A stretch of DNA of 46,113 bases, from the NCBI GenBank assembly GCA_963639385.1, contig CAVHVH010000001.1, forward strand, positions 1-46,113, read 5' to 3'. Below, piece after piece: positions 29,566 through 42,214 of this stretch. The DNA comes from Oscillospiraceae bacterium (GTDB taxonomy: Bacteria > Bacteroidota > Bacteroidia > Bacteroidales > Bacteroidaceae). The stretch's first letter is position 1. Each line of letters opens with the position of its first letter. The notes below the pieces were generated by a model. That model searched no databases and was not told the DNA's origin. It saw only the letters and a program-made list of their open reading frames with translations. Both the position numbers and the translations under genes were made by a program.

Positions 29566-31104
29566 CTATCTACGTGCAAGAGTCTGGTTGATACCCTGTT
29601 CGCGGTGGCAGATACGCACCTCAATACCATACTTATCGTGTAGATGCTGAGCCAGATGTTGGGCACTGTACACACTGCGGTGTTGACCACCGGTACAACC
29701 AAAAGAGAACATAAGGTCTGTAAAGCCACGTTGCAGATAACGTTCTACATGGGCATCGGCCAAGCGGTATACGCTATCAAGAAAAGTAAGAATCTCTCCA
29801 TCGTCTTCAAGGAAGCGGATAACTGGCTCATCAAGACCTGTAAGTTGCTTATAGGGCTCATAACGACCGGGGTTATGGGTACTTCGGCAGTCAAAAACAT
29901 AGCCACCGCCGTTACCACTTTCATCTGCAGGAATACCACGACGGTAAGAGAAACTGAATACACGCACTACTAATGGTCCCTTGCCGTCATAGGCTGAGAA
30001 TGTAGCCGGTCCGTCTTGCGGGTTTGATACATATACATTATCAGAGGTTGTACGATAACCGTCGGTACGGTTCACAGCCGGTTGTTCTATGCGTGTAAAA
30101 GCTGGCAGACGGGTAAGCCGCTCAAGCATATCCATCATATAGGGATAAGGGAACAGACGGCGTAACTGCAGCAATTGCCGCAGATTGTCTATTGCCGGTG
30201 GTATACTATCTATAAAGTGACGCTTACGCTCAAAATATCCTCTGAACCCATAAGCGCCAAGCACCTGCAGGGTGCGGAAAAGTACAAACAGAGCCAAGCG
30301 CTCTGAGAAATGCCGTACAGACGGAACCTCGGTATACTGACTTAAAGATTGATAATATTCGTAAATTAGTTCGCGGCGCAATTTGGCTGGATAGCGTGCC
30401 GAGGCCTGCCATAGAAATGAAGCGAGGTCGTAGTAATAAGGACCGCGCCTTCCACCCTGGTAATCAATAAAATGGGGATTACCATTAGCATCGAGCATTA
30501 CATTGCGAGCTTGAAAATCGCGATAAAGAAAACTATCTGAGGACTCTGAGGTAAGGTCGCGGGCGAACATTCGGAAGCAAGCTTCGAGCTTGAGTTCGTG
30601 AAAGTCAAGGTCGGTAGCCTTAAGAAAACAATACTTGAAATAATTAAGGTCGAAGAGCACCCCTTCTTCATTGAATTCGGGCTGAGGATAGCACACCGAC
30701 CAATCCAGTCCGCGTGCACCTCTCAACTGTATATTAGGCAGTTCACGAATTGTACGCACAAGCAGATCACGTTCAGCCTGGTTATAGCGCCCACCAGCTT
30801 CTCGGCCTCCACGCAGAGCATCGAAGAGTGAAGTATTGCCAAGGTCGGTCTGCAGATAGCGTAGTTCGTCATCGCTCACTGCAAGAACAGCAGGAACTGG
30901 CAACTGGCGACTGCAGAAATGGCGCGTAAGTGAAATAAAAGCATGGTTCTCATCGCGGCTGGTTCCTACTACGCCTATAACGGTATTTCCGTCGGCATCG
31001 GCCAAACGGTAATAAGCGCGGTTACTGCCCGCACCAGCCAGCCGTTTTATCCGGGTTGGGGCAGCGCCGTGCCACTGCCGGTACAATGATGTTAGTTGCT
31101 CCAT
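29566..31104 (-). CDS. APH/AmgK-like sugar phosphotransferase fused to a RapZ C-terminal domain
   Basis: GAGSNRAYYR, DLG, YRDFQARNVM, IDYQG, YDLASFL; C-terminal SFSYRRGIP, FDCRSTHNP, FGCTGGQHRSV, HRE. Confidence 0.88.
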   Translation of the reverse strand: MEQLTSLYRQWHGAAPTRIKRLAGAGSNRAYYRLADADGNTVIGVVGTSRDENHAFISLTRHFCSRQLPVPAVLAVSDDELRYLQTDLGNTSLFDALRGGREAGGRYNQAERDLLVRTIRELPNIQLRGARGLDWSVCYPQPEFNEEGVLFDLNYFKYCFLKATDLDFHELKLEACFRMFARDLTSESSDSFLYRDFQARNVMLDANGNPHFIDYQGGRRGPYYYDLASFLWQASARYPAKLRRELIYEYYQSLSQYTEVPSVRHFSERLALFVLFRTLQVLGAYGFRGYFERKRHFIDSIPPAIDNLRQLLQLRRLFPYPYMMDMLERLTRLPAFTRIEQPAVNRTDGYRTTSDNVYVSNPQDGPATFSAYDGKGPLVVRVFSFSYRRGIPADESGNGGGYVFDCRSTHNPGRYEPYKQLTGLDEPVIRFLEDDGEILTFLDSVYRLADAHVERYLQRGFTDLMFSFGCTGGQHRSVYSAQHLAQHLHDKYGIEVRICHREQGINQTLARR

Positions 31105-31175
31105 AAGGCAAAGTTAGGAAAAATATATCATAACAAAGCCATATTGCATCAAATAATAATTCCACACCCCCACAA

Positions 31176-31228
31176 GAGTGGTTCTATAAAACAATAAGCG
31201 CAAGGCATTCTCATTAAAAAGAAGCACC
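31176..31228 (+). repeat. Copy of dispersed GGGYGGTTCTATAAA motif with degenerate partner end
   Basis: GAGTGGTTCTATAAAA (31176-31191) ... AGAAGCACC (31220-31228). Confidence 0.55.
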
Positions 31229-31264
31229 TTGCGCTCTAAAGGTATACTATCTTTAGGGAAATCG

Positions 31265-32236
31265 TCAGTTGTTAGTCGATCCTCCCACGATATCAAGCAA
31301 TTCGTTGGTAATAGCAGCCTGTCGACTCTTGTTGAACTGCAAGTTAAGCTGGCGCAACAACTCATCGGCATTGTCGGTAGCCGTCTGCATAGCCACCATA
31401 CGGGCAGCATGCTCGGATGCTATACTATCAAGCAGAGCTGTATAGATCATAAGATTAAGCAGCTTGGGCACCAAGGCCTTGAGCACATACTCCAAATTTG
31501 GTTCTACCAGGAAGTTATCGTTTAGAGGCTTAGCCTCGGTAGCCACATGCTGGCGCTGGCGGTCGCGCTGGCGCAGATATTCTTGCGCCTTGGCCGTAGC
31601 CACATTGGAAGTAAGGTCGCGGTCGTTCATCACACCTATCTTCTCTGTCGATAGATCGATAGGCAAGAAAGTACGACGGGTAAGAATCTGCGAGCCAGCA
31701 CTCTTGAAATGATGATAGACCAGTTCTACCTTATCTATCTCGTGAGCCATATACTTGCGTATAAGTTCTTGAGATATCAATGCGCAATCGTGAGCATTGG
31801 GCTTGTCAGCAAGGACGGTAAAATCACCAGCCGACGGCCATCCTTTCTTCTGCACCCGCTCAGCCACTTTACGGCCTATGGGATAGACCACCACGTCTGT
31901 AACACCCTGCCCATTGTATTCGGCCACTATCTGTTCCATCATCTTCAGCACGTTGGCATTGAAGCCTCCGCAAAGGGAACTGTTGCTCGAATAAACCACG
32001 AGCGCCACTCGTTTTATTTCGCGACGTTTCGGCTCGAAAAGGCTTGTTACATCGGGTGTTGAGACGAGAAACGACTTAAGGATATGCTCCAACAGAGTTT
32101 CGTAGGGGAGCATATTCTGTATGGCCAGCTGGGCATGGTGAAGTTTAGACGAAGCCACCATCTTCATAGCACTCGTAATCTTACGGGTGCTATTGACACT
32201 GGCTATGCGGGTCTTGATTTCTTTAAGTGAAGCCAT
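31265..32236 (-). CDS. atpG: F1 ATP synthase gamma subunit
   Basis: KITSAMKMVASSK, LCGGFN, SEHAARMVAM, RQAAITNELLDI. Confidence 0.97.
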   Translation of the reverse strand: MASLKEIKTRIASVNSTRKITSAMKMVASSKLHHAQLAIQNMLPYETLLEHILKSFLVSTPDVTSLFEPKRREIKRVALVVYSSNSSLCGGFNANVLKMMEQIVAEYNGQGVTDVVVYPIGRKVAERVQKKGWPSAGDFTVLADKPNAHDCALISQELIRKYMAHEIDKVELVYHHFKSAGSQILTRRTFLPIDLSTEKIGVMNDRDLTSNVATAKAQEYLRQRDRQRQHVATEAKPLNDNFLVEPNLEYVLKALVPKLLNLMIYTALLDSIASEHAARMVAMQTATDNADELLRQLNLQFNKSRQAAITNELLDIVGGSTNN

Positions 32237-32242
32237 AAGCCG

Positions 32243-33829
32243 TTATGCTTTATACAACGAGGCGACGCCCGCCATCACTTCTTCAAGGGTCTGTGTAACG
32301 GTATCGTCTATTTTTCCACTGGCAAGAGTGTCTATCACATCTTGATGCTGCGAACGCAACTGATCCAGATATTGGTCTTGGCACTCGCGCACCTTATCTA
32401 CAGGTACATCGTGAAGAAGGCCATGCACGCCACAATAAAGTATGGCTATCTGCTCACCTACAGGCATAGGCGAATACTGAGGTTGGATAAGCAGCTGATT
32501 ATTCTTACGACCACGGTCGATAGTCATAGCTGTTACAGGATCCATATCACTTGAGAATTTGGAGAATGCCTCAAGCTCACGATACTGAGCCATATCTATC
32601 TTCAGTGTTCCGGCTACCTTCTTCATACTCTTTATCTGTGCCGAACCACCCACACGAGATACCGAGATACCTACGTTGATAGCTGGACGGAAGCCTTGGT
32701 TGAAGAGGTCGGTCTCAAGATATATCTGACCATCGGTGATAGAAATCACATTGGTAGGAATATAGGCTGAAACGTCACCGGCCTGAGTCTCGATGATAGG
32801 TAACGCTGTAAGCGAACCGCCACCACGCACATGTCCCTTCATACACTCGGGTAGGTCGTTCATCTTTTCGGCCACATCTTGTTGGTTGTTGATACGGGCA
32901 GCACGCTCAAGCAGACGAGAGTGCAAGTAGAACACATCGCCGGGATAAGCCTCGCGACCTGAAGGACGGCGCAGAATAAGCGAAACTTCACGATAAGCTA
33001 CGGCCTGCTTTGACAAATCGTCGTAAACTACCAAAGCCGAGTAACCGCGGTCACGGAAATACTCACCAATGGCGGCTCCGGCAAACGGAGCATAATACTG
33101 CATAGCAGCAGGATCGGCAGCGGTAGCACTCACGATAATAGTGTAAGGCAGAGCTCCACGTTCCTTAAGGTTCTGTACCAATGCAGCAACAGTAGAGGCT
33201 TTTTGGCCTATGGCTACATAGATACAATACACGGGCTGTCCTGCCTCATAGAAACTACGTTGGTTGATAATGGTATCAACGGCAATAGCTGTCTTTCCAG
33301 TCTGACGGTCACCGATGATAAGCTCGCGTTGTCCGCGGCCGATAGGTATCATCGAGTCTACAGCCTTAAGACCTGTCTGCAATGGTTCCTTTACCGGCTG
33401 GCGATAGATAACGCCAGGTGCTTTGCGGTCGAGCGGCATCTCAAACGATTCGGTAAGGTCTATGTCTCCCATACCGTCGATAGGTTCGCCAAGAGGATTG
33501 ACGACACGCCCAAGGAAATTATCATTGACACGGATCGACGCAATACGGTGGGTACGCTTTACGGTCTGTCCTTCCTTGATACCTGCGGTAGAACCGAGAA
33601 GCACGCATCCTACATTATCCTCTTCGAGGTTCATAACGATAGCCATTGTACCGTTTTCGAACTCCAGCAACTCGTTGGCCTCAGCATTGCGCAGACCATA
33701 GATACGAGCCACGCCATCGCCTACGGTGAGCACCGTACCCACCTCGTCGAACTGTTGGCTGCTGGTAACCTCGTTGAGTTGGCGGAGCAGAACCTCGGAC
33801 ACCTCACTTGGTTTTATTTTATCTGACAT
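32243..33829 (-). CDS. atpA: F1 ATP synthase alpha subunit
   Basis: [40 protein letters not shown]. Confidence 0.98.
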   Translation of the reverse strand: MSDKIKPSEVSEVLLRQLNEVTSSQQFDEVGTVLTVGDGVARIYGLRNAEANELLEFENGTMAIVMNLEEDNVGCVLLGSTAGIKEGQTVKRTHRIASIRVNDNFLGRVVNPLGEPIDGMGDIDLTESFEMPLDRKAPGVIYRQPVKEPLQTGLKAVDSMIPIGRGQRELIIGDRQTGKTAIAVDTIINQRSFYEAGQPVYCIYVAIGQKASTVAALVQNLKERGALPYTIIVSATAADPAAMQYYAPFAGAAIGEYFRDRGYSALVVYDDLSKQAVAYREVSLILRRPSGREAYPGDVFYLHSRLLERAARINNQQDVAEKMNDLPECMKGHVRGGGSLTALPIIETQAGDVSAYIPTNVISITDGQIYLETDLFNQGFRPAINVGISVSRVGGSAQIKSMKKVAGTLKIDMAQYRELEAFSKFSSDMDPVTAMTIDRGRKNNQLLIQPQYSPMPVGEQIAILYCGVHGLLHDVPVDKVRECQDQYLDQLRSQHQDVIDTLASGKIDDTVTQTLEEVMAGVASLYKA

Positions 33830-33895
33830 GTTGATTTGTTTTAATAAGCTGTCTACCGGCTTAAGAACCGGGATTAGACAGTTAGTTGATTTGAT

Positions 33896-34429
33896 TTACT
33901 TTAACTCTGCAAGAATCTTCCTGAGTCCGGTCTTCACACTGGCATCCATCCGGTAGGTATCATATTCCAATATGAACCCGCCTATAATGTCAGGATCGGT
34001 CTCTGTATTGAATTCTACAGTTCCATGAGTTTTTCCTTCCACCATCTTCCGCATTTTCTCCTCAATAGCTGGAGTAACGGCAGTAGCGGTAATAAGCCTG
34101 CCACAGGTGATATTCTTCTGCTCACGATAAAGTGTAACATACGATGCAGCCATGAACTGCAGGGCATTGGCACGACCCTCTTTCAGCACAAGTTTGAGAA
34201 AACGCCGGGTAAGTTCGGCCGGTTGTGAACCGGCAGCCGTTACCAAGAGCACTTCCTTCTTGTCTGACTGAAGCATAGGGTTGGCAATGGCCGTACGAAG
34301 CTGAGGTACCTCGAGATAGCTACGCCCAATACACATCATGTCTTTGCATACGCTATCCTCTACCTTCATCGCCGTAGCGCTCTTGAGGAGGGCACGGGCA
34401 TATCTTACTGATATCACTCCTAAATCCAT
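33896..34429 (-). CDS. atpH: F1 ATP synthase delta subunit
   Basis: RYARAL, DPDIIGGF..DASV; operon position. Confidence 0.93.
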   Translation of the reverse strand: MDLGVISVRYARALLKSATAMKVEDSVCKDMMCIGRSYLEVPQLRTAIANPMLQSDKKEVLLVTAAGSQPAELTRRFLKLVLKEGRANALQFMAASYVTLYREQKNITCGRLITATAVTPAIEEKMRKMVEGKTHGTVEFNTETDPDIIGGFILEYDTYRMDASVKTGLRKILAELK

Positions 34430-34433
34430 AGCC

Positions 34434-34952
34434 TTATTGTTGTTTTACTTTGTCTTGAGGAATATCATCCAACAGGCGGTCTATCAGTTCCATCTGTTTG
34501 GCTTTGTCAGACAATTGCTCACGCAACAGTTTTTCGGCTATCTTTACAGATAACTCGGCCACCTGGTTACGTATTTCGCGAGCAGCCCCTTGGCGTTCGC
34601 TGTCTATCTGCTGGCGAGCCTCTGAGAGAAGTCGGGCACCCTCTTCACGGGCTTGTCCCTGTGCTTTCTCTACTATGGCATCACGGGCAGCGCCAGCCTC
34701 TTGCATAATCTGTGCCTGCTTTTCACGGGCACCCTGCAAGATGGCATCGCCTTCTTGTCTGACATTTTCCAAGCGTTCTGTGGCTTCGTGGGCCTTGCGC
34801 AGACTATCGTCGATAAAGTTTTTCCGGTTTTCAACCGAACCAACTATCGCCGGTAGCGCATATTTGGCAATGAACACGAGCACCACCAGAAACGCCAGTG
34901 CCATCCAGAACAGAAGTCCTAAATCAGGCGTCAGTATTGATGGCAAATTCAT
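34434..34952 (-). CDS. atpF: Fo ATP synthase subunit b
   Basis: PDLGLLFW TM helix followed by coiled coil, IAEKLL. Confidence 0.93.
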   Translation of the reverse strand: MNLPSILTPDLGLLFWMALAFLVVLVFIAKYALPAIVGSVENRKNFIDDSLRKAHEATERLENVRQEGDAILQGAREKQAQIMQEAGAARDAIVEKAQGQAREEGARLLSEARQQIDSERQGAAREIRNQVAELSVKIAEKLLREQLSDKAKQMELIDRLLDDIPQDKVKQQ

Positions 34953-34973
34953 TATACTTTGTCCTTTCTTTTA

Positions 34974-35234
<261 letters not shown>

Positions 35235-35281
35235 TTAAATTTTAATTATTAATATTTTTGTTTTCTCATATAATATATAGT

Positions 35282-36334
35282 CTACTCAGCCGCTTCTTCC
35301 TTATGGGCCAACCCTATAAATACAGCGCTCAACAGAGTGAACACATAGGCCTGTACAAAAGCCACCAAAAGTTCAAGACAGTTCATGAACAATAGCATTA
35401 TTACGCTGAACAGGTTTAGACCTACTCCGAAGTTAACGCCCATTGACCATCCTAAGAATATCACGCAGGTAAAACTGAGTATCACCGCATGACCGGCCAT
35501 CATGTTGGCAAAGAGACGAATCATTAGGGCAAACGGCTTGGTGAATACGCCGAAAATCTCGATAATGGGCATCAGCGGAATTACCTTCAAGAACATAGGT
35601 ACATTAGGCCACAATATGTCTTTCCAGTATTCTTTGTTGCCAAAGAGATTAATGGCCAACATCGTACACACTGCCAAGAACAGGGTTATATTGATATTAC
35701 CCGTAATATTGGCACCACCGGGGAAGAAGGGTACAAGTCCTACCAAATTACAGGTGAGGATAAAGAAGAATACCGTAAGCAGATAAGGGGCGAACCGCTT
35801 ATACTGGGCCTCGCCTATCGACGATTTAACCACATCATCGTGAATGGTCATTACGATAAGTTCCATTGCTCCAACAAAGCCCTTGGGAGCCTCGCTTAAT
35901 GTGTCGTGACGGCGATACCAACGTGCGCAACAGGTAAAAATTACTATCAATATGGCTACTGCTATCCATATCTGCAGCACCACCTTGGTAATGCTTAGGT
36001 CTAATGGGCGCTCGGTGGTTCCGTCGGCCATCTTCTCATATATTTTTCCATGGTGCGTAGCGTCAAAGAAGAATGGCGAAGGCAACCCTTTGGCTGTGCC
36101 TACATACCACTGTCCCGTACTGCTGCTCCTTACTATGATAGGAAGCGGAATACTGAACGAGTGCCCATTGTAGCTGGCTATATGCCATTCGTAGGCATCA
36201 GAAAGGTGCTCCAGCACTATCTCGGGTATATCCAGCTTATCTTCCTTACCGCTATCATTGGCCAAAGCTGCCATCGGAAGCATAACCAGCGCCAGCAGAA
36301 GAATGATTTTTCTTATTGATTTCATATTCATCAT
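35282..36334 (-). CDS. atpB: Fo ATP synthase subunit a (start among 36334/36331/36325)
   Basis: KPFALMIRLFANMMAGH, LELLVAFVQAYVFTLL; Bacteroidetes-type N-terminal extension. Confidence 0.95.
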   Translation of the reverse strand: MMNMKSIRKIILLLALVMLPMAALANDSGKEDKLDIPEIVLEHLSDAYEWHIASYNGHSFSIPLPIIVRSSSTGQWYVGTAKGLPSPFFFDATHHGKIYEKMADGTTERPLDLSITKVVLQIWIAVAILIVIFTCCARWYRRHDTLSEAPKGFVGAMELIVMTIHDDVVKSSIGEAQYKRFAPYLLTVFFFILTCNLVGLVPFFPGGANITGNINITLFLAVCTMLAINLFGNKEYWKDILWPNVPMFLKVIPLMPIIEIFGVFTKPFALMIRLFANMMAGHAVILSFTCVIFLGWSMGVNFGVGLNLFSVIMLLFMNCLELLVAFVQAYVFTLLSAVFIGLAHKEEAAE

Positions 36335-36348
36335 TTAATAAATATCTT

Positions 36349-36774
36349 CTATTGGTTCTTTTGCGCATCTTTCTTGTTCTTATGCGTAAAGAACAACGTA
36401 TGGTGGAGTATTGTGCTAAGATAGAACACTGCGAAGACAACAACAAAGGTAAGCATATCGCCTCTGCCTGTTTTCCCGGCAAGCATAAAATAGACAAACA
36501 TTATCACAAGAGCCAGCATAAACCGACCACCCGATATGGCCATAAGCAGAGTTGGCATGCTCTCCGGACTGTTTTCTGCCACTTTGCGCCAAGCCGTTAT
36601 AGCCGCTATCTCTACAAAGAGCGAATAAACGGCGCTGACTATCAGCGGAAGAACAACTGCCGGATATCGTATAGCCACAAGCAATGCCGCGAAGAACAAA
36701 ACGCCCAACATGGTCATTCCCTGTCGCAGATACGTCCAGTAGATATTGCCTATCTTGTTTTTATTACTTTCCAT
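36349..36774 (-). CDS. Membrane protein in the atp operon (AtpI-like accessory)
   Basis: Four hydrophobic segments; sits between atpC and atpB as in other Bacteroidales atp operons. Confidence 0.7.
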   Translation of the reverse strand: MESNKNKIGNIYWTYLRQGMTMLGVLFFAALLVAIRYPAVVLPLIVSAVYSLFVEIAAITAWRKVAENSPESMPTLLMAISGGRFMLALVIMFVYFMLAGKTGRGDMLTFVVVFAVFYLSTILHHTLFFTHKNKKDAQKNQ

Positions 36775-36792
36775 AGTGTTCTGTAGTTACTT

Positions 36793-37035
36793 TCACATCT
36801 CCACACACAGGCTGATTTCATTCTTCTGAACTTCAACAAAACCGCCCATGATGTCAAGCTGAGTTTTTTCACCACCTTTAGGCAGATAGGTTACTACGCC
36901 TTTCTCAAGCGAGGAGATAAGGGGGGCGTGGCCCACCAATATCTCGAATTCGCCGAGGGTTCCGGGCACTATCACGCTCTCTACCTCGCCAGTGTAAATC
37001 ACTTTTTCAGGAGAAATTACCTTAAGTGTAAGCAT
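36793..37035 (-). CDS. atpC: F1 ATP synthase epsilon subunit (N-terminal domain only)
   Basis: VISPEK, VPG..GEFEILVGHAPLISSL, GGFVEV. Confidence 0.95.
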   Translation of the reverse strand: MLTLKVISPEKVIYTGEVESVIVPGTLGEFEILVGHAPLISSLEKGVVTYLPKGGEKTQLDIMGGFVEVQKNEISLCVEM

Positions 37036-37059
37036 ATAGATACTCGTTGAAAGTTTGTC

Positions 37060-39598
<2,539 letters not shown>

Positions 39599-39625
39599 AT
39601 TCTATATTTGTATTTTTGTTTCTAT

Positions 39626-40969
39626 TTATATCAATATCATAATTACCAACCCAATGGCTGCACCAACCAGCGCTTTCCATCCTACATGGGCAAAGTACCA
39701 TCCTATCTTTACATGTTCTGATTTGACAAAGGCCACGCCACTAAGCGAACCTATGCACAATATGTTTCCGCCCACAGCGGCCGCATAGGCTGCCATAGTC
39801 CAGTACGGGTCATTAGTAGCACAACCACTACCCATGGCAAAGAACGACAGTGCCGAGGTAAAACTGTCGAGTACCGAGCTTACGGCCACAGCCAGTGTAC
39901 CTGTCATCCACGGGGCTACGTTATGACTGCTTATCTGTTCGACAAACCATTTTACGGCTCCCGTTTCTTGAACTACGCCCACAGCCAGCATTATACCCAT
40001 AATATAGAGCATCATCTGGATTACACCGTACTGCAATACGCGGGGTATGCGCCTACGTGTCATCTCGTCAACATTCATCAACTTACGGTTGAATATCTCG
40101 TTGACCACCCACAATATGGCCAACACGCAGAAGGCTCCAAGAAATGGACTCAGTTTGGTAATGCTATGAAAAGTGGGAATAAACCACAGCCCACCAATAC
40201 CCACTACAAGCATAAGCAGGCGTTGCCATACGTTTAGACGTGTATCATCGCCCCGGTAAGGCATTGTAACCCACTCTGTATTGGTCTTTTCGGGCAGACT
40301 TCTGCCTATCCACCATGTGGGCAGCAACCAGGCCACAAGACAGGGTAAGGCCATAGCCATTGAATAAGCCGTAGGAGTTACGCGACCAGTGTTCCACAGA
40401 TAAAGTCCCGTAGGGTCACCAATCACAGTGAGCGCACCGCCACAATTGGCCGCCAGTACAATAGCTGCCCCCAAATAGAGTCTTATACGCAACTGCGATA
40501 CCACCCCGCGCATAAGGATAAGCATCATTACGGTAGTGGTAAGGTTATCAAGATTGGCTGAAAGAATAAAGGTGGTTATGGACAATGCCCAAAGCAGATG
40601 GCGACAACGGCGAGTCTTCAGCAATTGAGAAAGAAAATCAAAGCAACCGTTGTTGTGCAGTATTTCTACTATAGTCATCGTGGCCAGCAAGAAGAGCACT
40701 ATCTCTGCTGCACGTCCTACATACTTTAAGAATACATTTTGAGCTATATACTCCTTGACAACCGTACTGGTGGGTACAGCTCCGTTCAAGAAGCCTAAAT
40801 AGTCGGTAGGATGCTGGCTCATTACGTAGTCTGTGCCGTAACAAATGTACAAAATCCAACCCACCGTTCCTGCAAAAACAGCAACTGCGGCCTTATTGAC
40901 TTTTGTCAGGAGTTCCGTGGCAATCAGCACATAGGCAATTAGTAATATAACGACTATAACTAGCGTCAT
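39626..40969 (-). CDS. nhaD: NhaD/ArsB-superfamily ion transporter (putative Na+/H+ antiporter)
   Basis: KVNKAA, FLLATMTIVE, LDNLTTT, AANCGGA..IGDPT, GGNILCIGSLSG; multi-TM. Confidence 0.8.
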   Translation of the reverse strand: MTLVIVVILLIAYVLIATELLTKVNKAAVAVFAGTVGWILYICYGTDYVMSQHPTDYLGFLNGAVPTSTVVKEYIAQNVFLKYVGRAAEIVLFLLATMTIVEILHNNGCFDFLSQLLKTRRCRHLLWALSITTFILSANLDNLTTTVMMLILMRGVVSQLRIRLYLGAAIVLAANCGGALTVIGDPTGLYLWNTGRVTPTAYSMAMALPCLVAWLLPTWWIGRSLPEKTNTEWVTMPYRGDDTRLNVWQRLLMLVVGIGGLWFIPTFHSITKLSPFLGAFCVLAILWVVNEIFNRKLMNVDEMTRRRIPRVLQYGVIQMMLYIMGIMLAVGVVQETGAVKWFVEQISSHNVAPWMTGTLAVAVSSVLDSFTSALSFFAMGSGCATNDPYWTMAAYAAAVGGNILCIGSLSGVAFVKSEHVKIGWYFAHVGWKALVGAAIGLVIMILI

Positions 40970-40979
40970 CTTCTAGGTG

Positions 40980-40987
40980 CAAAGATA
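40980..40987 (-). promoter_or_regulatory. -7 box upstream of nhaD (likely promoter of the nhaD-pfkA-atp run)
   Basis: TATCTTTG on minus, 10 nt before the ATG. Confidence 0.55.
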
Positions 40988-41173
40988 ACAATTAATAATT
41001 AACAACACCAATTACAAAGATAGATTTTTGGGACTTATTAACGTTTCTTTCACCAAATAAGACAATTTATGTTACAAAAAGAACTGTCATCATAAACAAT
41101 ATACGAAAGGACGAAGAAATAGTGTTATTTTCCTCTGTAAAAAAGCATAGTAGAAGACGTCTTCTACATCTAA

Positions 41174-41189
41174 GGGCGGTTCTATAAAA
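41174..41189 (+). repeat. Copy of dispersed GGGYGGTTCTATAAA motif
   Basis: TAA-GGGCGGTTCTATAAAA; related copies at 22927, 31176, 44952-44986, 46007-46049. Confidence 0.65.
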
Positions 41190-41221
41190 ATCAATGCGAT
41201 GCTATTGCATAGAGCATAATA

Positions 41222-42214
41222 TCAAAGGCGGTGCAACCACCGCTTCAGTGTAAAATAAATTTCTTCTTGAATACAGAAGAGTGCCCATACGGGGCGCAGG
41301 GGCATATACCCCAATTTACATCGGTTACGTACCGTAAGTGCACCAACATCTATTGAACTCCATATCCGGTGCATCTCTGTCAGCGCCTCACGGCATGCCT
41401 GGGGCTGCAGTTGACGGCGGTGGATATAGTAGAAACGATAACAGTCTATCAACACCAACCACCGCTGGTTCTCATACATCTGCAAAACATTAGTGTCTAC
41501 ACCCAACTGTATCAGCTGGCGCCGCATGCTCTCATTGGCACGCAGATAATCAAAGTGACGAATATCGGCCCGATGGGTTACCGAACCTTGATGCTGGCGG
41601 TAATAGTAACGGCCGTGGCAACACCTAATCTCACGCGAAATATAATAATGTAAGCGTGTGGTATTGTCATCACTATAGGCTCGGCAAGTATCGTCGTAGG
41701 CATAGCGTTCATAGAGATTACGCCGGGCCATATACACACCATGTATCTGCCACGACAGACTTTTTTCAAAGGCTTCCCTACCGCTCATAACGGTAAACGG
41801 CAGCATTGCTTGCGGATATTGCTGGTTGGCCGAATGCCACATGATGACATCAAAGAGCACACAATCGGTCTGAGGATACTGCTCAAATACATCCACTGCC
41901 TGCTGAAGAGCATCGGAGGCATACCTGTCGTCGGCATCGAGATAACATATATACTTGCCTTGTGCCCGTACAAGGGCGCAATTACGGGCATAGGCCTGTC
42001 CGTGATTGCTATCAAGGGTAACAACATTTATATTGGCATATAGGGCTGCATACTGGGCCAACAGTTGTGGAGTAGCATCGGTAGAACCGTCATCTACCAC
42101 AATCACCTCTACCCCATCCAGCGTTTGGGCTATAAGCGAATCGAGACACTGTTCTAAGAATGCCTCACCATTATACACGGCCACGATAACCGAACATACG
42201 GGCTGCGTGGTCAT
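41222..42214 (-). CDS. Glycosyltransferase family 2
   Basis: SVIVAVYN, VDDGSTD, GQAYARN, YLDADD. Confidence 0.9.
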   Translation of the reverse strand: MTTQPVCSVIVAVYNGEAFLEQCLDSLIAQTLDGVEVIVVDDGSTDATPQLLAQYAALYANINVVTLDSNHGQAYARNCALVRAQGKYICYLDADDRYASDALQQAVDVFEQYPQTDCVLFDVIMWHSANQQYPQAMLPFTVMSGREAFEKSLSWQIHGVYMARRNLYERYAYDDTCRAYSDDNTTRLHYYISREIRCCHGRYYYRQHQGSVTHRADIRHFDYLRANESMRRQLIQLGVDTNVLQMYENQRWLVLIDCYRFYYIHRRQLQPQACREALTEMHRIWSSIDVGALTVRNRCKLGYMPLRPVWALFCIQEEIYFTLKRWLHRL

